A DNA stretch of 64,000 nucleotides from an uncultured Candidatus Saccharibacteria bacterium (GCA_964415895.1 CAYQCC010000003.1:3053-67052), one strand, 5' to 3'. Counted from the first letter of the stretch, positions 46,782 through 57,386 are shown. Program-made: numbers and translations. The notes: a model not told the origin generated them from the letters alone.

Positions 46782-49415
46782 TTATTTGATTGTAATAGGT
46801 ATAATCTTTTCTCCGCGATTATAAATCGAATCTACAGCAACAATACGCACATTCATTATCCCTGCAGAACTTATATATTCAGATGGCAAGAATGAGTAAT
46901 GCCCGATCTCGCCATCAGTTGAACCAATGAATTGATCGTTTACGTAATACTCGAATTTTTGAATAGGACGAAGCGCTGTTGCCATTGCATCAATCGATAC
47001 GAGTTGATTTAATCCAATCGACATATCTGATGTAGGGTTTTCAACAGTTACAGACGGAGCATATTCTGGTCTATGCACATCATCAGTGCCAACAGGCGCA
47101 GGCGGTGTTGCGGGAACATTAGAAATACCGTGTGTTTGAATCCAGCTTTGGAATGCCGCTTCCCAGTTTTTATACTGACCATCAGACAATCCAATTCCAG
47201 AACGCGAATTTAGTAAATCAGCTTTGTTAATCCAATATAAAATATTATGTGGATTAACAATCACATGTTCTTCTTTTGTCTCTGGTGGCGTATATTCTGT
47301 TGCTAGCTTTCCAGATATTTTATCTGTAAAGAACGATTCGCCACCCCACCATGATCCACGAATCACAGGAGGCATTTTATCATCTGATCCGTTGTACTGA
47401 CCGAACTGCGTGATCGGCTTGTCAGCAAGCGCAGCATTCATCACAGCACGCCATGCAGGAACCGAAATACTTGAACCTTTTTTCATTGGCTTGTTATCAT
47501 TGTTTCCTGACCACACACCAACCGCTATGTCGGGTGAGTATCCAATCAGCCATGCATCCTTATTGTCGTTTGTGGTTCCAGATTTTGCAGCCACAGGACG
47601 ATCTCCGAAATTCAATTGAGAATTTGCTCCAAACAATGGTGTTCGAGCAACATTATCAGACAATACCGATGAAAGCATTCGTGCAGCATTTGCAGATATT
47701 ACTTGTTCTCCTGGTTGTGGTTTATATTCTTCGAGCACTTTTCCGCTTAGGTCTTCAATTTTCAAAATTCCTGTGGGCGGAACGCGAATTCCGTCGTTTG
47801 CAAATACTCCATATACTGACGTCATTTCAAGAAGTGATACTTCACCACCTCCCAATACCAATGTCAGTCCGTAACGATCTGCGTTTTTATCAAGCGTTGT
47901 AATACCAAGTTGTTTCGCGCTTTGTAATGCATCACTTACTCCAACTAAATAGAGTAGTTCTACGGCAGGAATGTTTCGTGATTGACCGAGAGCACTTCGA
48001 AGTGATAATGGTCCAACAAATTTTCCATCATAGTTATCTGGCGCATAACAACCAGTTGCACTACTACTTCGATCAAACGCCCCACAAGACGGATTAAACT
48101 GAGTCGGAACGTCAAAGATCGTTGTTTCAGGTCGATACCCTTTTTCAAATGCTCGTGCATACACAATCGGTTTAAACGATGATCCAGGCTGGCGATTTGC
48201 AGTTGTTACATTAAACTGCCCGTCGATAGTCGTATCAGAATATCCACGAGATCCAACCATAGCAAGGATTTGCCCTGTCTTTGGATCAAGGGCAACAATC
48301 GCCATGTTCGACGCGTTCCAATCTTTTTCATTCTTTGCAGCTTGTTCTGCTGCTGCTTTTTCTGCCTGTTCCTGTAATTTCCAATCAAGCGTTGTGGTCA
48401 CTTTCAAACCATCAACGGTCAAAGATTCTTTTCCGTAGTTTTCTTCTAAGTAGCTACGAATATAATCTACGAAGTGAAGTGCTTTTCCATTACTGTCAGA
48501 GAGTGGTTTAAATACAACTACATCAGCTTTTGCTGCATCGTATTGTTCTTGTGTAACAAAACCTTGTTCTAACATTTTTTTCAACACAAGATTCTTTCGC
48601 TCATCTAATAGTTTTTTATTCTTTCCGTAAGGCGAATAATAACTTGGCGCGTTTGGAACTGCCGCAAGATATGCCGCTTCTGCAAGCGTTACATCGTTAC
48701 TCGACTTTCCAAAGAATGTTTTTGCACCTTGCTCAACTCCATACACTGAACCACCATACGGTGCTTCGTTTAGATAAAGCGCGAGAATATCGTCCTTGCT
48801 CATTACTCGTTCCAATTTTAATGATAAAATCCATTCTTTTACTTTTCGTGAAATTCGTTTATCAGAATTCAATAATGTGTTTTTAATAACTTGTTGAGTA
48901 ATTGTTGAACCACCCTGTGTTCCGTTCAATGGTGTCAGATTTACAATTACCGCTCGAATTGTAGAACTAAACTTAATTCCGTGATGCTGATAGAAATCCT
49001 TGTCCTCGATCGCTATGATCGCATGCTTAATTTTTTCATCAATCGTGTTTCCTGGAACAACTGTTCGGCGAATGTTTTCATGTACATCATATAAGATAAC
49101 GCCATTGCGATCATAAATTTGAGTTGAGCTTGCAACCTTTCGTTCTGCAAAATTATCTAGGGTTGGAATTTTTAGCGTAGCTACCCAGATAAAGAATCCT
49201 CCGACAATAAGTGCTCCAACAATCGCAATAGTCCAAACAATCAGTTGCGTATGATGACTTGCCCATCCTCGGAAACGTCCCCAAGCGGTTTTTGCACGCT
49301 TTGCCTGTTTTTCAACAAGTGGTTTTACTGTCTTCTGAGCATGAACGTGGGTGTATTTTTTTACCTCGTGCACGGAATCAAAGAATTTTTTTGAAGGTTT
49401 TTTTTCTGGTGTCAT
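46782..49415 (-). CDS. Class A penicillin-binding protein (PBP1a family) with C-terminal Ig-like domain
   Basis: EDKDFY.H.G, GGSTITQQ, RK.KE; GSSFKP, SRN, KSG. Confidence 0.95.
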   Translation of the reverse strand: MTPEKKPSKKFFDSVHEVKKYTHVHAQKTVKPLVEKQAKRAKTAWGRFRGWASHHTQLIVWTIAIVGALIVGGFFIWVATLKIPTLDNFAERKVASSTQIYDRNGVILYDVHENIRRTVVPGNTIDEKIKHAIIAIEDKDFYQHHGIKFSSTIRAVIVNLTPLNGTQGGSTITQQVIKNTLLNSDKRISRKVKEWILSLKLERVMSKDDILALYLNEAPYGGSVYGVEQGAKTFFGKSSNDVTLAEAAYLAAVPNAPSYYSPYGKNKKLLDERKNLVLKKMLEQGFVTQEQYDAAKADVVVFKPLSDSNGKALHFVDYIRSYLEENYGKESLTVDGLKVTTTLDWKLQEQAEKAAAEQAAKNEKDWNASNMAIVALDPKTGQILAMVGSRGYSDTTIDGQFNVTTANRQPGSSFKPIVYARAFEKGYRPETTIFDVPTQFNPSCGAFDRSSSATGCYAPDNYDGKFVGPLSLRSALGQSRNIPAVELLYLVGVSDALQSAKQLGITTLDKNADRYGLTLVLGGGEVSLLEMTSVYGVFANDGIRVPPTGILKIEDLSGKVLEEYKPQPGEQVISANAARMLSSVLSDNVARTPLFGANSQLNFGDRPVAAKSGTTNDNKDAWLIGYSPDIAVGVWSGNNDNKPMKKGSSISVPAWRAVMNAALADKPITQFGQYNGSDDKMPPVIRGSWWGGESFFTDKISGKLATEYTPPETKEEHVIVNPHNILYWINKADLLNSRSGIGLSDGQYKNWEAAFQSWIQTHGISNVPATPPAPVGTDDVHRPEYAPSVTVENPTSDMSIGLNQLVSIDAMATALRPIQKFEYYVNDQFIGSTDGEIGHYSFLPSEYISSAGIMNVRIVAVDSIYNRGEKIIPITIK

Positions 49416-49492
49416 ATTAAGGGTAGTGTACCGCATTTTGACGCTTTTTTCAAAAGCTCCACAATTTCCAGTTTTTCTGGTAGGGTGTAGAT

Positions 49493-50701
49493 ATGACAAC
49501 AAAGAATCCCGAACAAATCAATGAATTTTTAAGCCGAGGAGTTGAAGCAATTCTTCCTTCTCGTGATTTTGTCGAATCACAACTTACTTCAGGAAAGCAA
49601 CTGACTGTCTATCTGGGAATCGACCCAACAGGACCAACTCTTCATATTGGTCATGCTATTGCGATGAAAAAATTGGCACAGTTGCAGAACTTGGGACATA
49701 AAATCATTTTGTTAATGGGAGATTTCACAGCAAAGATTGGCGATCCTACTGATAAATTGGCTGCTCGAAAAACTCTTACAACGGAAGAGATTATGGAGAA
49801 TTTGAAGAACTACAAACAACAGGCCTCAAAGATTATTTCATTCAGCGGAGACAATGCGGCAGAAATCAAATTCAACTCAGAATGGTTAGGCAAGATGAAT
49901 TTTGCAGATGTATTAGAACTCGCATCAAAGACAACAGTTCAGCGTATGCTTGAACGCGACATGTTTCAAAAACGCATCGAGGAAGGAAAACCAATCTACG
50001 TACATGAATTCATGTATCCATTAATGCAGGGACAGGACAGTGTTGCAATGGATGTTGATGGTGAAATCGGCGGAAACGATCAATTATTCAACATGTTAAT
50101 GGGTCGCGAACTATTAAAAGACTCTGGTAAGGAAAAGTTCGTCGTTACTGTAAAACTCCTTGCAGATCCAACAGGAAAGAAAATGGGTAAATCTGAAGGT
50201 AACATGATCACACTTGATGATTCTGCAGACAGTATGTTTGGAAAAATCATGTCGTGGAGTGATGGAATGATTATTGGTGGATTTGAATTGTGTACTGATA
50301 TTCCACGCGAACAAATTCTGCAAATCGAACTTGCTATTCAAAATAATGAAAATCCAATTCAGTTCAAGAAACAATTGGCGCGCGAGATCATCACGATCTA
50401 CCACAGCGCGGACCAGGCAATGGACGCACAGAACAATTGGGAAAAGACATTTTCAGAGGGTGGACTGCCTGATGTCGTTGCCGAAATTAATGGAGAACAG
50501 AGGAAATTGCTTTCTGAAGTATTGGTTGAAAACGGATACCTTGAATCCAAAGCGGAATTTCGGCGATTAACAGACGAGGGCGGAATTAAAATTATTTCTG
50601 AAGACTTATCTGAAGAAAAGATTACAGATTTCCAGTATAAGTTATCTGAAACAGTTGTGTTGAAGATTGGAAAGAAAAAGTTTGTGAAAGTTATTATATA
50701 A
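49493..50701 (+). CDS. tyrS: Tyrosine--tRNA ligase
   Basis: GIDPTG..LHIGH, YPLMQG.D, GG.DQ, KMGKS, S4-like C-terminus. Confidence 0.97.
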   Translation: MTTKNPEQINEFLSRGVEAILPSRDFVESQLTSGKQLTVYLGIDPTGPTLHIGHAIAMKKLAQLQNLGHKIILLMGDFTAKIGDPTDKLAARKTLTTEEIMENLKNYKQQASKIISFSGDNAAEIKFNSEWLGKMNFADVLELASKTTVQRMLERDMFQKRIEEGKPIYVHEFMYPLMQGQDSVAMDVDGEIGGNDQLFNMLMGRELLKDSGKEKFVVTVKLLADPTGKKMGKSEGNMITLDDSADSMFGKIMSWSDGMIIGGFELCTDIPREQILQIELAIQNNENPIQFKKQLAREIITIYHSADQAMDAQNNWEKTFSEGGLPDVVAEINGEQRKLLSEVLVENGYLESKAEFRRLTDEGGIKIISEDLSEEKITDFQYKLSETVVLKIGKKKFVKVII

Positions 50702-50727
50702 AAAGCACCTAATGGTGCTTTTTATAT

Positions 50728-51555
50728 TTAAAACAAATCAAACTTTTCACGAAGCTCTCGTGGAATATGAAATTCGGTTGATATCCGCTTGCGAAGCTTT
50801 TTTGCTTTTAATTCATCATATTCTACGGTCATATTTATTGGTCCTGGTTTTAGGAATCTTGGCTTCAAGATATCAAAAAGTTCTTTTTCCGATTGAGATG
50901 TTCCGTATGCAAAATCAAGAACGCGAGAAATAGTTGACGATGTTTTAGTTGTAATAATATAAGGACCAATTATTGAATAATGCTCCCTCCTTGTAAAGGG
51001 GTATTTTTTAGTGAATGAAAAATGTTCAAAACCTGACCGCTCTTTATTACTATTTTTATCAAAAACAGTAACGCCACCTATTAACGTGAAAACGTGCTTT
51101 TCTTTTTCTGAAAAGATTTCTCGGTATTCTTTTTCACTTGAACCTCTTCCAGGAACTAAGTACCAAAAATTATGTGGATTACTGTGGAATACTGGAAAAT
51201 CACCTAATTCATCATGAATATCATTAATAGTATGTTTCCAAAACATATCCATATGGTCTATTTTTGAGAATCGATACACAACTTGTTCTCCTGGAAAAAG
51301 CCTGAATGTTCTTCTGTTTGAAATTGCACTATTTACCTTATTTCTCCAAACATTACTAATTATAAAGCTCTTTCTTTGTTTTGTAACAACATCTCCTTTT
51401 ATCAACTCTCGTAGGTTTTTATATACACCTTCAAGAGTAACACTCTCTTTCAATACTTGTTCGAGGCTTTTCTGTAACTCAATGGCGCTAAGTGGTTTTT
51501 CAATAAGAAGCTCAATAATAACGTCTCGTATTGTTTTTTTGGAAGAGAAGATCAT
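50728..51555 (-). CDS. wHTH transcriptional regulator, paralogue 2
   Basis: VTLEGVYKNLRELI...VV; MDMFWKH; NPHNFW; KAKKLRKRISTEFHIPRELREKFDLF. Confidence 0.78.
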   Translation of the reverse strand: MIFSSKKTIRDVIIELLIEKPLSAIELQKSLEQVLKESVTLEGVYKNLRELIKGDVVTKQRKSFIISNVWRNKVNSAISNRRTFRLFPGEQVVYRFSKIDHMDMFWKHTINDIHDELGDFPVFHSNPHNFWYLVPGRGSSEKEYREIFSEKEKHVFTLIGGVTVFDKNSNKERSGFEHFSFTKKYPFTRREHYSIIGPYIITTKTSSTISRVLDFAYGTSQSEKELFDILKPRFLKPGPINMTVEYDELKAKKLRKRISTEFHIPRELREKFDLF

Positions 51556-51655
51556 ATATATCAGTATATAAAAATACAACTTTTTGTTCAAATTTAATAT
51601 AAAAAGTACCATTTAAATGAAAAAAGTCAATATCCTTGTTATGCTTCCCTTGTCT

Positions 51656-52333
51656 ATGAAACAAGATTTATCAAAACAATACAACGCTTTTGCTCAAGAC
51701 TTTATTTCCGAGATTAGTCACAGTAATAACATTTCTCGAAATGAGTTTTATAAAAAAATACCAAGAGACCTTACTAGCCTTAAGGTTCTCGATCTAGCAT
51801 GTGGTGATGGGAGTGATATATTTGAATATAAAAAAAGAGGTGCAATCTGTTCTGGTTGCGACTCATCCGAAGAATTAATAAAAGTTGCACGACAAAAAAT
51901 TGGAGATTCTATTGATTTACAAGTACAAGATATGCGCTCTACTTCTTATAATGACCAATCCTTTGATATGGTATTTAGTAAATATGCGATTGGTACTGTT
52001 GATGTTATTTCTGATGTGTATGATGAGGTTTCAAGAATAATCAAGCCAGGCGGATTATTTGTTTTTCTTACAACACACCCTATGCGTCTTTTCCTTGAAA
52101 ATAAAAATGAGACGAAGGATTATTTTATTCAAGAATCTGTCCCTTTAGAATGCTTTAATAGGAAATTTATTATCACCGAACCATCTCACACATTTAATGA
52201 ATTCTTTAGCCGTCAATTCTTCAAGAATTTTGAATTACTGGACTTTACTGAGCATTATGACCCACAATCAGCGTCTTTTAATGGTCGAGATATTTACCCA
52301 GATTTTTTTATTGTGGTAGCTCAAAAAAAATAA
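51656..52333 (+). CDS. Class I SAM-dependent methyltransferase A
   Basis: VLDLACGDG, FD.VFSKY, RIIKPGG, HPMR, EP.HT. Confidence 0.92.
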   Translation: MKQDLSKQYNAFAQDFISEISHSNNISRNEFYKKIPRDLTSLKVLDLACGDGSDIFEYKKRGAICSGCDSSEELIKVARQKIGDSIDLQVQDMRSTSYNDQSFDMVFSKYAIGTVDVISDVYDEVSRIIKPGGLFVFLTTHPMRLFLENKNETKDYFIQESVPLECFNRKFIITEPSHTFNEFFSRQFFKNFELLDFTEHYDPQSASFNGRDIYPDFFIVVAQKK

Positions 52334-52335
52334 TT

Positions 52336-53001
52336 ATGAAACAAAACCTAACAAAACAATATAATGGAATTGCTAACACATTTAATGTAAGTAATAACAA
52401 TTTCAACCGATTCAGCAACACAGAATTCTTTTCTCACCTCCCAGAAGATTTGAGCGGTAAGAAGCTGTTAGATGTTGGCTGTGGTGATGGAAATGATTTT
52501 GAGGAATATCAAAACAAGGGAGCCGATGTATATGGAACTGACGCTTCGGAAGAATTAATTAACCTTTCAAAATTTAAAGAAAAGATAATATTAGGATCTT
52601 TTGATTCAATACCCTTCGAAAAAGAACATTTCGATGTTGTTGTTAGTAAATACGCTCTGCAAACCTCAGCTGAAATTGACCCTTTTTACAATGAATCGGC
52701 GCGTATTTTAAAACAAAATGGAGAACTTCTTTTTCTAGTAGTTCATCCTATGCGCCAATTTTTTGAGAAAAAAACCCACCATAAAGATTATTTTGATAAA
52801 ACGGTAGTAGATTCCAGTATTTTTAATGGAACCATTACTGTAAAAGAGCCAACACATACAATGCAAGAATATCTCAGTGAAACATTCTTTAATGAATTTA
52901 CTCTTGAATCCATATATGAGGGTTGTGATTTCTATTCTGCTGAAAAAATTGGTTCAAATGACTATCCAACATATCTTATTATTAAAGCTCACAAGAAATA
53001 A
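52336..53001 (+). CDS. Class I SAM-dependent methyltransferase B
   Basis: LLDVGCGDG, FDVVVSKY, HPMR, KEPTHT, YPTY. Confidence 0.92.
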   Translation: MKQNLTKQYNGIANTFNVSNNNFNRFSNTEFFSHLPEDLSGKKLLDVGCGDGNDFEEYQNKGADVYGTDASEELINLSKFKEKIILGSFDSIPFEKEHFDVVVSKYALQTSAEIDPFYNESARILKQNGELLFLVVHPMRQFFEKKTHHKDYFDKTVVDSSIFNGTITVKEPTHTMQEYLSETFFNEFTLESIYEGCDFYSAEKIGSNDYPTYLIIKAHKK

Positions 53002-53003
53002 TT

Positions 53004-53537
53004 ATGAATATTGCAATTATATCTTCCGCAGACGAGAGAACTTCACGTCAATATACCAAACCTACGAAAGATCTTATTTTAAAGCTTGGAAAGTCTTTTT
53101 CAAATCTTAAGATTATAACAGGCGGTTCACTTGGAATTCCAGGGATTGCAGTTAAGCACGCCCAGGCATTAGGCATTGCAACTAAATGTTATTCACCTGA
53201 TAAAAACTCTCGGGCACATGAATTGCGCGACGACAACCTAAAAACTAAATATTTTTCAGAGATAGTTTATATACCTGGATTTACAAATCGTAGCTTACGT
53301 ATGATTAATGATGCTGAGGGTATTATTTTACTCAACGGTCGCATTGGAACACTATCTGAATTCACTATCGCACTGGAAGAGGGTAAGAAAATTGCCGTAC
53401 TCACTGAAACAGGTGGTGTAGCAGATCATTTGGAATATATTTTAGATATAGCTCAAAAAGAATTCCCTGGGCAAACCTTTTTTTCTGACAATATTTCTGA
53501 AATTATTAACTTTTTAAAACAAGAACCTACTGAATAG
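53004..53537 (+). CDS. SLOG/LOG-superfamily protein (TIGR00725-like)
   Basis: ITGG..GIP, G...RS, LNGRIGTLSEF.IA, TGGVA. Confidence 0.85.
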   Translation: MNIAIISSADERTSRQYTKPTKDLILKLGKSFSNLKIITGGSLGIPGIAVKHAQALGIATKCYSPDKNSRAHELRDDNLKTKYFSEIVYIPGFTNRSLRMINDAEGIILLNGRIGTLSEFTIALEEGKKIAVLTETGGVADHLEYILDIAQKEFPGQTFFSDNISEIINFLKQEPTE

Positions 53538-53546
53538 GTTCTTGTT

Positions 53547-54374
53547 TTAAAATAGATTAAATTTTTCCCTTAATTCCTTTGGAATATAAAAATCTTTCGA
53601 TAATTTCTTTCTTAGTTTTTTCGCCTTTTCCTTATTTCTCTCGATAATCAATTTTACTTTTTTCGTCTGGAAATCTATTTTCTGGATGTTTTGTTCTAAT
53701 TCATTAATATTTTTTGCTATTTTATAACATTCTTCTATTTCTTGAACTGTTTTTTTTGAAAGCTGTGTAGTAATAATATATTCATTAAATATCGCTATAT
53801 AGCCAGATTTATCCAGTGGTATACTATCAATATAAATACGAACATATTCGCTTTCAATTATTTTTTTTGTTTCTATTTCTAGTGGTGAATTAGATCCAAC
53901 TAATGAAAATGCAAATTTCTTATCTCGGATAAAGGATTTATAGTATTCAATTTCAGATTTTTTTCGAGATTCTCCTAAATGAATCCATATATAGTGGTAG
54001 TTGTAGAAAAAAATGGGGTCATTAGTATATTTTTCATGTAAAGGAAGTACAATATTTTTCCATTGAATATCGTGGTGATTAAGCGATGAGAGTATATAAA
54101 TATATTGTTCCCCTTCATTAATTTCAAAATCTTTTTCTTGTCCTAACTCTCTAATTACTTGTTGTTGCCATTCTTTATTTAATGAGTACTTAGTCCCTCT
54201 TTTAAAAACTATTTCTTGCTCTAATAAATCTCGTAAAACAACATATAATGCCTGAATCGTATACTTCCCATGCTCTTGTTTGATCTTTGAAAGCATATGT
54301 TTTGCAGTACTTTCAGATATTATTAAGCTTTTCACAATTAAATCCTCAATGTGTGCTTTTTTGGAGAATAACAT
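53547..54374 (-). CDS. wHTH transcriptional regulator, paralogue 3
   Basis: TIQALYVVLRDL...IV.K; DIQWKN; YNYHYIW; KAKKLRKKLSKDFYIPKELREKFNLF. Confidence 0.78.
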   Translation of the reverse strand: MLFSKKAHIEDLIVKSLIISESTAKHMLSKIKQEHGKYTIQALYVVLRDLLEQEIVFKRGTKYSLNKEWQQQVIRELGQEKDFEINEGEQYIYILSSLNHHDIQWKNIVLPLHEKYTNDPIFFYNYHYIWIHLGESRKKSEIEYYKSFIRDKKFAFSLVGSNSPLEIETKKIIESEYVRIYIDSIPLDKSGYIAIFNEYIITTQLSKKTVQEIEECYKIAKNINELEQNIQKIDFQTKKVKLIIERNKEKAKKLRKKLSKDFYIPKELREKFNLF

Positions 54375-54474
54375 AGCTTTATAATATCATATTTTTAAAA
54401 TAATTTTTTAAAAATATATCATAAAACAACATTATTTTGATATGTCAATTATTTTCAGGTATAGTTACTTTGCT

Positions 54475-55152
54475 ATGAAAAAAATAACTAACCAATATAA
54501 TAATTTTTCTGAAACATACTCAAAAAATGTTAATTATGACAAAAAAAGCAATGTTGCCTTTTATCAACATATTGATTTTAACCTTACTAATAAAAAATTA
54601 TTAGACATAGGTTGTGGTGATGGTGTGGATTTATATAAATTTCAAAAATTAGGTGCTGTTGTGTATGGAATTGATCCAAGTAAAGAATTTATCGATATAT
54701 CAAAGAAAAATAACCCAACTGGAATATTAAAACAAGGCATGGCGGAATTAATACCCTTTAATAATGAAACATTTGATGTTGTAGTATCTAAATGGGCACT
54801 ACAAACATGTTCTGATCTTCCAAAAGTATTATATGAAGTAGGTCGAGTACTAAAAAAGAATGGATTATTTGTATTACTTTCTAAGCATCCCTGGATGCAG
54901 TGGATGGAAAAAAATAGGGATTATGGCAATGGTGTAGATTATTATGAACAAAAAATTGTAACTTCTAATATTTATGAGGGAAAAATTGTTTTAAAAGAAC
55001 CAACACATACAATTAATGACTATTTGAATTCTGAATTTTTAAACCAATTTGAAATAATGTCTTATGAAGAAAATACTGATTTTCCTGCAAGCGAACAAAT
55101 TGATGGGAAAATTTATCCTACCTATTTTATAATTAAGGCTCGTAAAAAATAA
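54475..55152 (+). CDS. Class I SAM-dependent methyltransferase C
   Basis: LLDIGCGDG, FDVVVSKW, HPW, KEPTHT, YPTYF. Confidence 0.92.
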   Translation: MKKITNQYNNFSETYSKNVNYDKKSNVAFYQHIDFNLTNKKLLDIGCGDGVDLYKFQKLGAVVYGIDPSKEFIDISKKNNPTGILKQGMAELIPFNNETFDVVVSKWALQTCSDLPKVLYEVGRVLKKNGLFVLLSKHPWMQWMEKNRDYGNGVDYYEQKIVTSNIYEGKIVLKEPTHTINDYLNSEFLNQFEIMSYEENTDFPASEQIDGKIYPTYFIIKARKK

Positions 55153-55154
55153 TT

Positions 55155-55703
55155 ATGAAAATAGCCATCTTTAGTTCGTGGTTACCAGAGATTACTCAGG
55201 AAAATAGAGACCTTATAGTTAAGATAAGTGAATACTTATGCAGTAAAAATATAACCGTTGTTACGGGTGGTTGCAGCGGAATACCGGCGCTCGCGATAGA
55301 AACTGCGTTTAACCTAAAAAATAAAACAATGGGTTACTTCCCATTAAAAGATCAGCAAGATTATTTTGATCGACAGCACGAGAAAAATATTCACTGTATT
55401 GATTTTTATTCAACTGCTCATTTTGTTGCAGGGTTTACCGCGCGAAGTCTTGAAATGATTAAAAATGTCGACGCAGCCATAGTTTTAAATGGTCGTATTG
55501 GAACACTATCTGAATTCGGCATTGCAATCGAAGAAGGCTTACCCCTTGCTGTCATCGAAGGAACGGGTGGAGTTAGTAATGAACTGCGCACTATCGTGAC
55601 TGTCGCGCAAAAGGAACTTCCAAATAATGAAGTTATTTTTGAAAAGAATTATAAAAAAGCAATTGATAAATTAATCGAAAACTACAATCTAAAAACCGCT
55701 TAG
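55155..55703 (+). CDS. SLOG/LOG-superfamily protein (TIGR00725-like)
   Basis: VTGGCSGIP, GFTARS, LNGRIGTLSEF.IA, TGGVS. Confidence 0.85.
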   Translation: MKIAIFSSWLPEITQENRDLIVKISEYLCSKNITVVTGGCSGIPALAIETAFNLKNKTMGYFPLKDQQDYFDRQHEKNIHCIDFYSTAHFVAGFTARSLEMIKNVDAAIVLNGRIGTLSEFGIAIEEGLPLAVIEGTGGVSNELRTIVTVAQKELPNNEVIFEKNYKKAIDKLIENYNLKTA

Positions 55704-55714
55704 GCGGTTTTTAG

Positions 55715-55984
55715 TTACATAATCCTTTTAATCACCAACTTCATCCCATGTTCTTTCAGATGCTTGTTCAAATCATCCATGCACGGTTCGCATTGCGCGG
55801 AGAACTTGGCGCGGATAATAGGGGAGACATGCAGCTGGATCATGTTTTTCGTAAGGATAATATCTTTTCGATCTATTTCAATGCTGCAGTTTTCTTTCAG
55901 ATACTTCATTAGAAAATCACGCACACGTGTTTCAGTGGGAATTCCTCTTGCAACTATAGGTAGTAATTCAAGGAAAGATTTCAT
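55715..55984 (-). CDS. Small protein downstream of dnaN, possibly DciA-like
   Basis: 89 aa, co-oriented with dnaN, I.L.VSP..R motif. Confidence 0.55.
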   Translation of the reverse strand: MKSFLELLPIVARGIPTETRVRDFLMKYLKENCSIEIDRKDIILTKNMIQLHVSPIIRAKFSAQCEPCMDDLNKHLKEHGMKLVIKRIM

Positions 55985-55994
55985 AATAAGTTAA

Positions 55995-57104
55995 TTAGTT
56001 TCGATTTAATGGCATGATCAGATACAAGAATGTATTATCATGCTGTCCGCGTACAATTAATGGTTTTTTAGGGTCTAACCATTCAAAGAACAATGAATCA
56101 CTTTGAATAATATTAATTCCTTCTTGGATTTGCTGAGCAGATAATCCAACCTCGATTGAATTTCCCTCGATCACCGCATCAAGCGTCGTATGAATTTCAC
56201 CAACACTTGTGTTCTCGGCGTGAAACAAAACTGTTTTATCTTCCGCACTCACTGTCATGGTGATGTGGTGGTAGTGGTTTGAAAAGAGGGGAATGGTTTT
56301 TAATAGATGAACCAGGTCGTTTCGCAGGATAATTACTTGAGTTGTGTGGGTTGTTGGAATAATTTTTGTATAGTCTGGAAAATTTCCATGGGTCAGCTGC
56401 GCAGTAATAAAGATATTTTGTGTTTGTAGGTAGATCTGATGATCGTTTACTGAAAGTATTACGTCCTCGTCTGAGTCTGCTAGAATTTTGATAATATCCT
56501 GAGCATTTTTAATTGGGAGTAGGAACGACCCAATGGATTCTGCGTTTATAAAGGCAATTTTCTTTTCTGCGAGGCGAAACGCGTCAGTGGCTACAAAATA
56601 AAGATTATTCTCCTTGCCAGTAATGTAAATACTTGATAATTCTGGCTTAATATCACTGTTTGATCCAGCGAATAACACTGACTTCATGCCTGATAGTAAG
56701 TCTGATACAGGAAGTGTTATCTGCGTGTCACCATCAACCTTTTTAGGAAGTTCTGGAAAATCGTCTACCGGGAAAGTTTTAAGCTTACTTTTTGATTTTT
56801 TGGTCTTGATATGAAAAATATCACCTTCTGTTTCGCATGTAATAGTTTCTTGGTGAGGAATACCAGAAAGAACTTGTGAGAAGTAGCTTCCAGGTAGAGC
56901 ACATACACCAGGTTCGTCGACTTTTGCTGAAATAGTTATTTCTGCACCCGTGTGTAAGTTGGTAGATCTAAATACTACCTTTCCATCAGTTGTTGCAGTA
57001 CATAAGATGCATGACAGCACTGGAAGTGTTGGATGCTTTCCTGTCACCTTTTCAGTTTTTGTGATTGCAGAGAATATTTTCTCATGAGAGCATTCGAATT
57101 TCAT
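55995..57104 (-). CDS. dnaN: DNA polymerase III beta clamp
   Basis: LPVLS, STNL, DFP.LP, VATDAFRLA, G.FPDY..IIP, YLIMP. Confidence 0.96.
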   Translation of the reverse strand: MKFECSHEKIFSAITKTEKVTGKHPTLPVLSCILCTATTDGKVVFRSTNLHTGAEITISAKVDEPGVCALPGSYFSQVLSGIPHQETITCETEGDIFHIKTKKSKSKLKTFPVDDFPELPKKVDGDTQITLPVSDLLSGMKSVLFAGSNSDIKPELSSIYITGKENNLYFVATDAFRLAEKKIAFINAESIGSFLLPIKNAQDIIKILADSDEDVILSVNDHQIYLQTQNIFITAQLTHGNFPDYTKIIPTTHTTQVIILRNDLVHLLKTIPLFSNHYHHITMTVSAEDKTVLFHAENTSVGEIHTTLDAVIEGNSIEVGLSAQQIQEGINIIQSDSLFFEWLDPKKPLIVRGQHDNTFLYLIMPLNRN

Positions 57105-57386
57105 AGTAGTAATAGATTTGAATTGATAATTTTTTAAAATACAAGATTATTATGAGGGGTGTGGATACTGTGGAAAAGTTTTTATATCCTTACGGTAACA
57201 ATCTTATTTTCATAAACGAGTGTTGATAATTGTTTGGATAAAAACAAATAGTAAACAGTGTTGTGAATATTATTCTAAACCATACAAACTTATTAAATGT
57301 TTTCCCACACTTACAAGTATGTTATCCAAAAGAAATAAGTGAGATACCACCATACTTCTCCACACCCTTATCCCAATAATTTGTTT
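57105..57386. promoter_or_regulatory. Probable oriC (dnaA-dnaN intergenic)
   Basis: DnaA-box-like TGTGGATAC (57160), TGTGGAAAA (57169), TGTTGATAA (57221), TTTGGATAA (57233), TTATCCAAA (57322); AT-rich flank. Confidence 0.8.
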
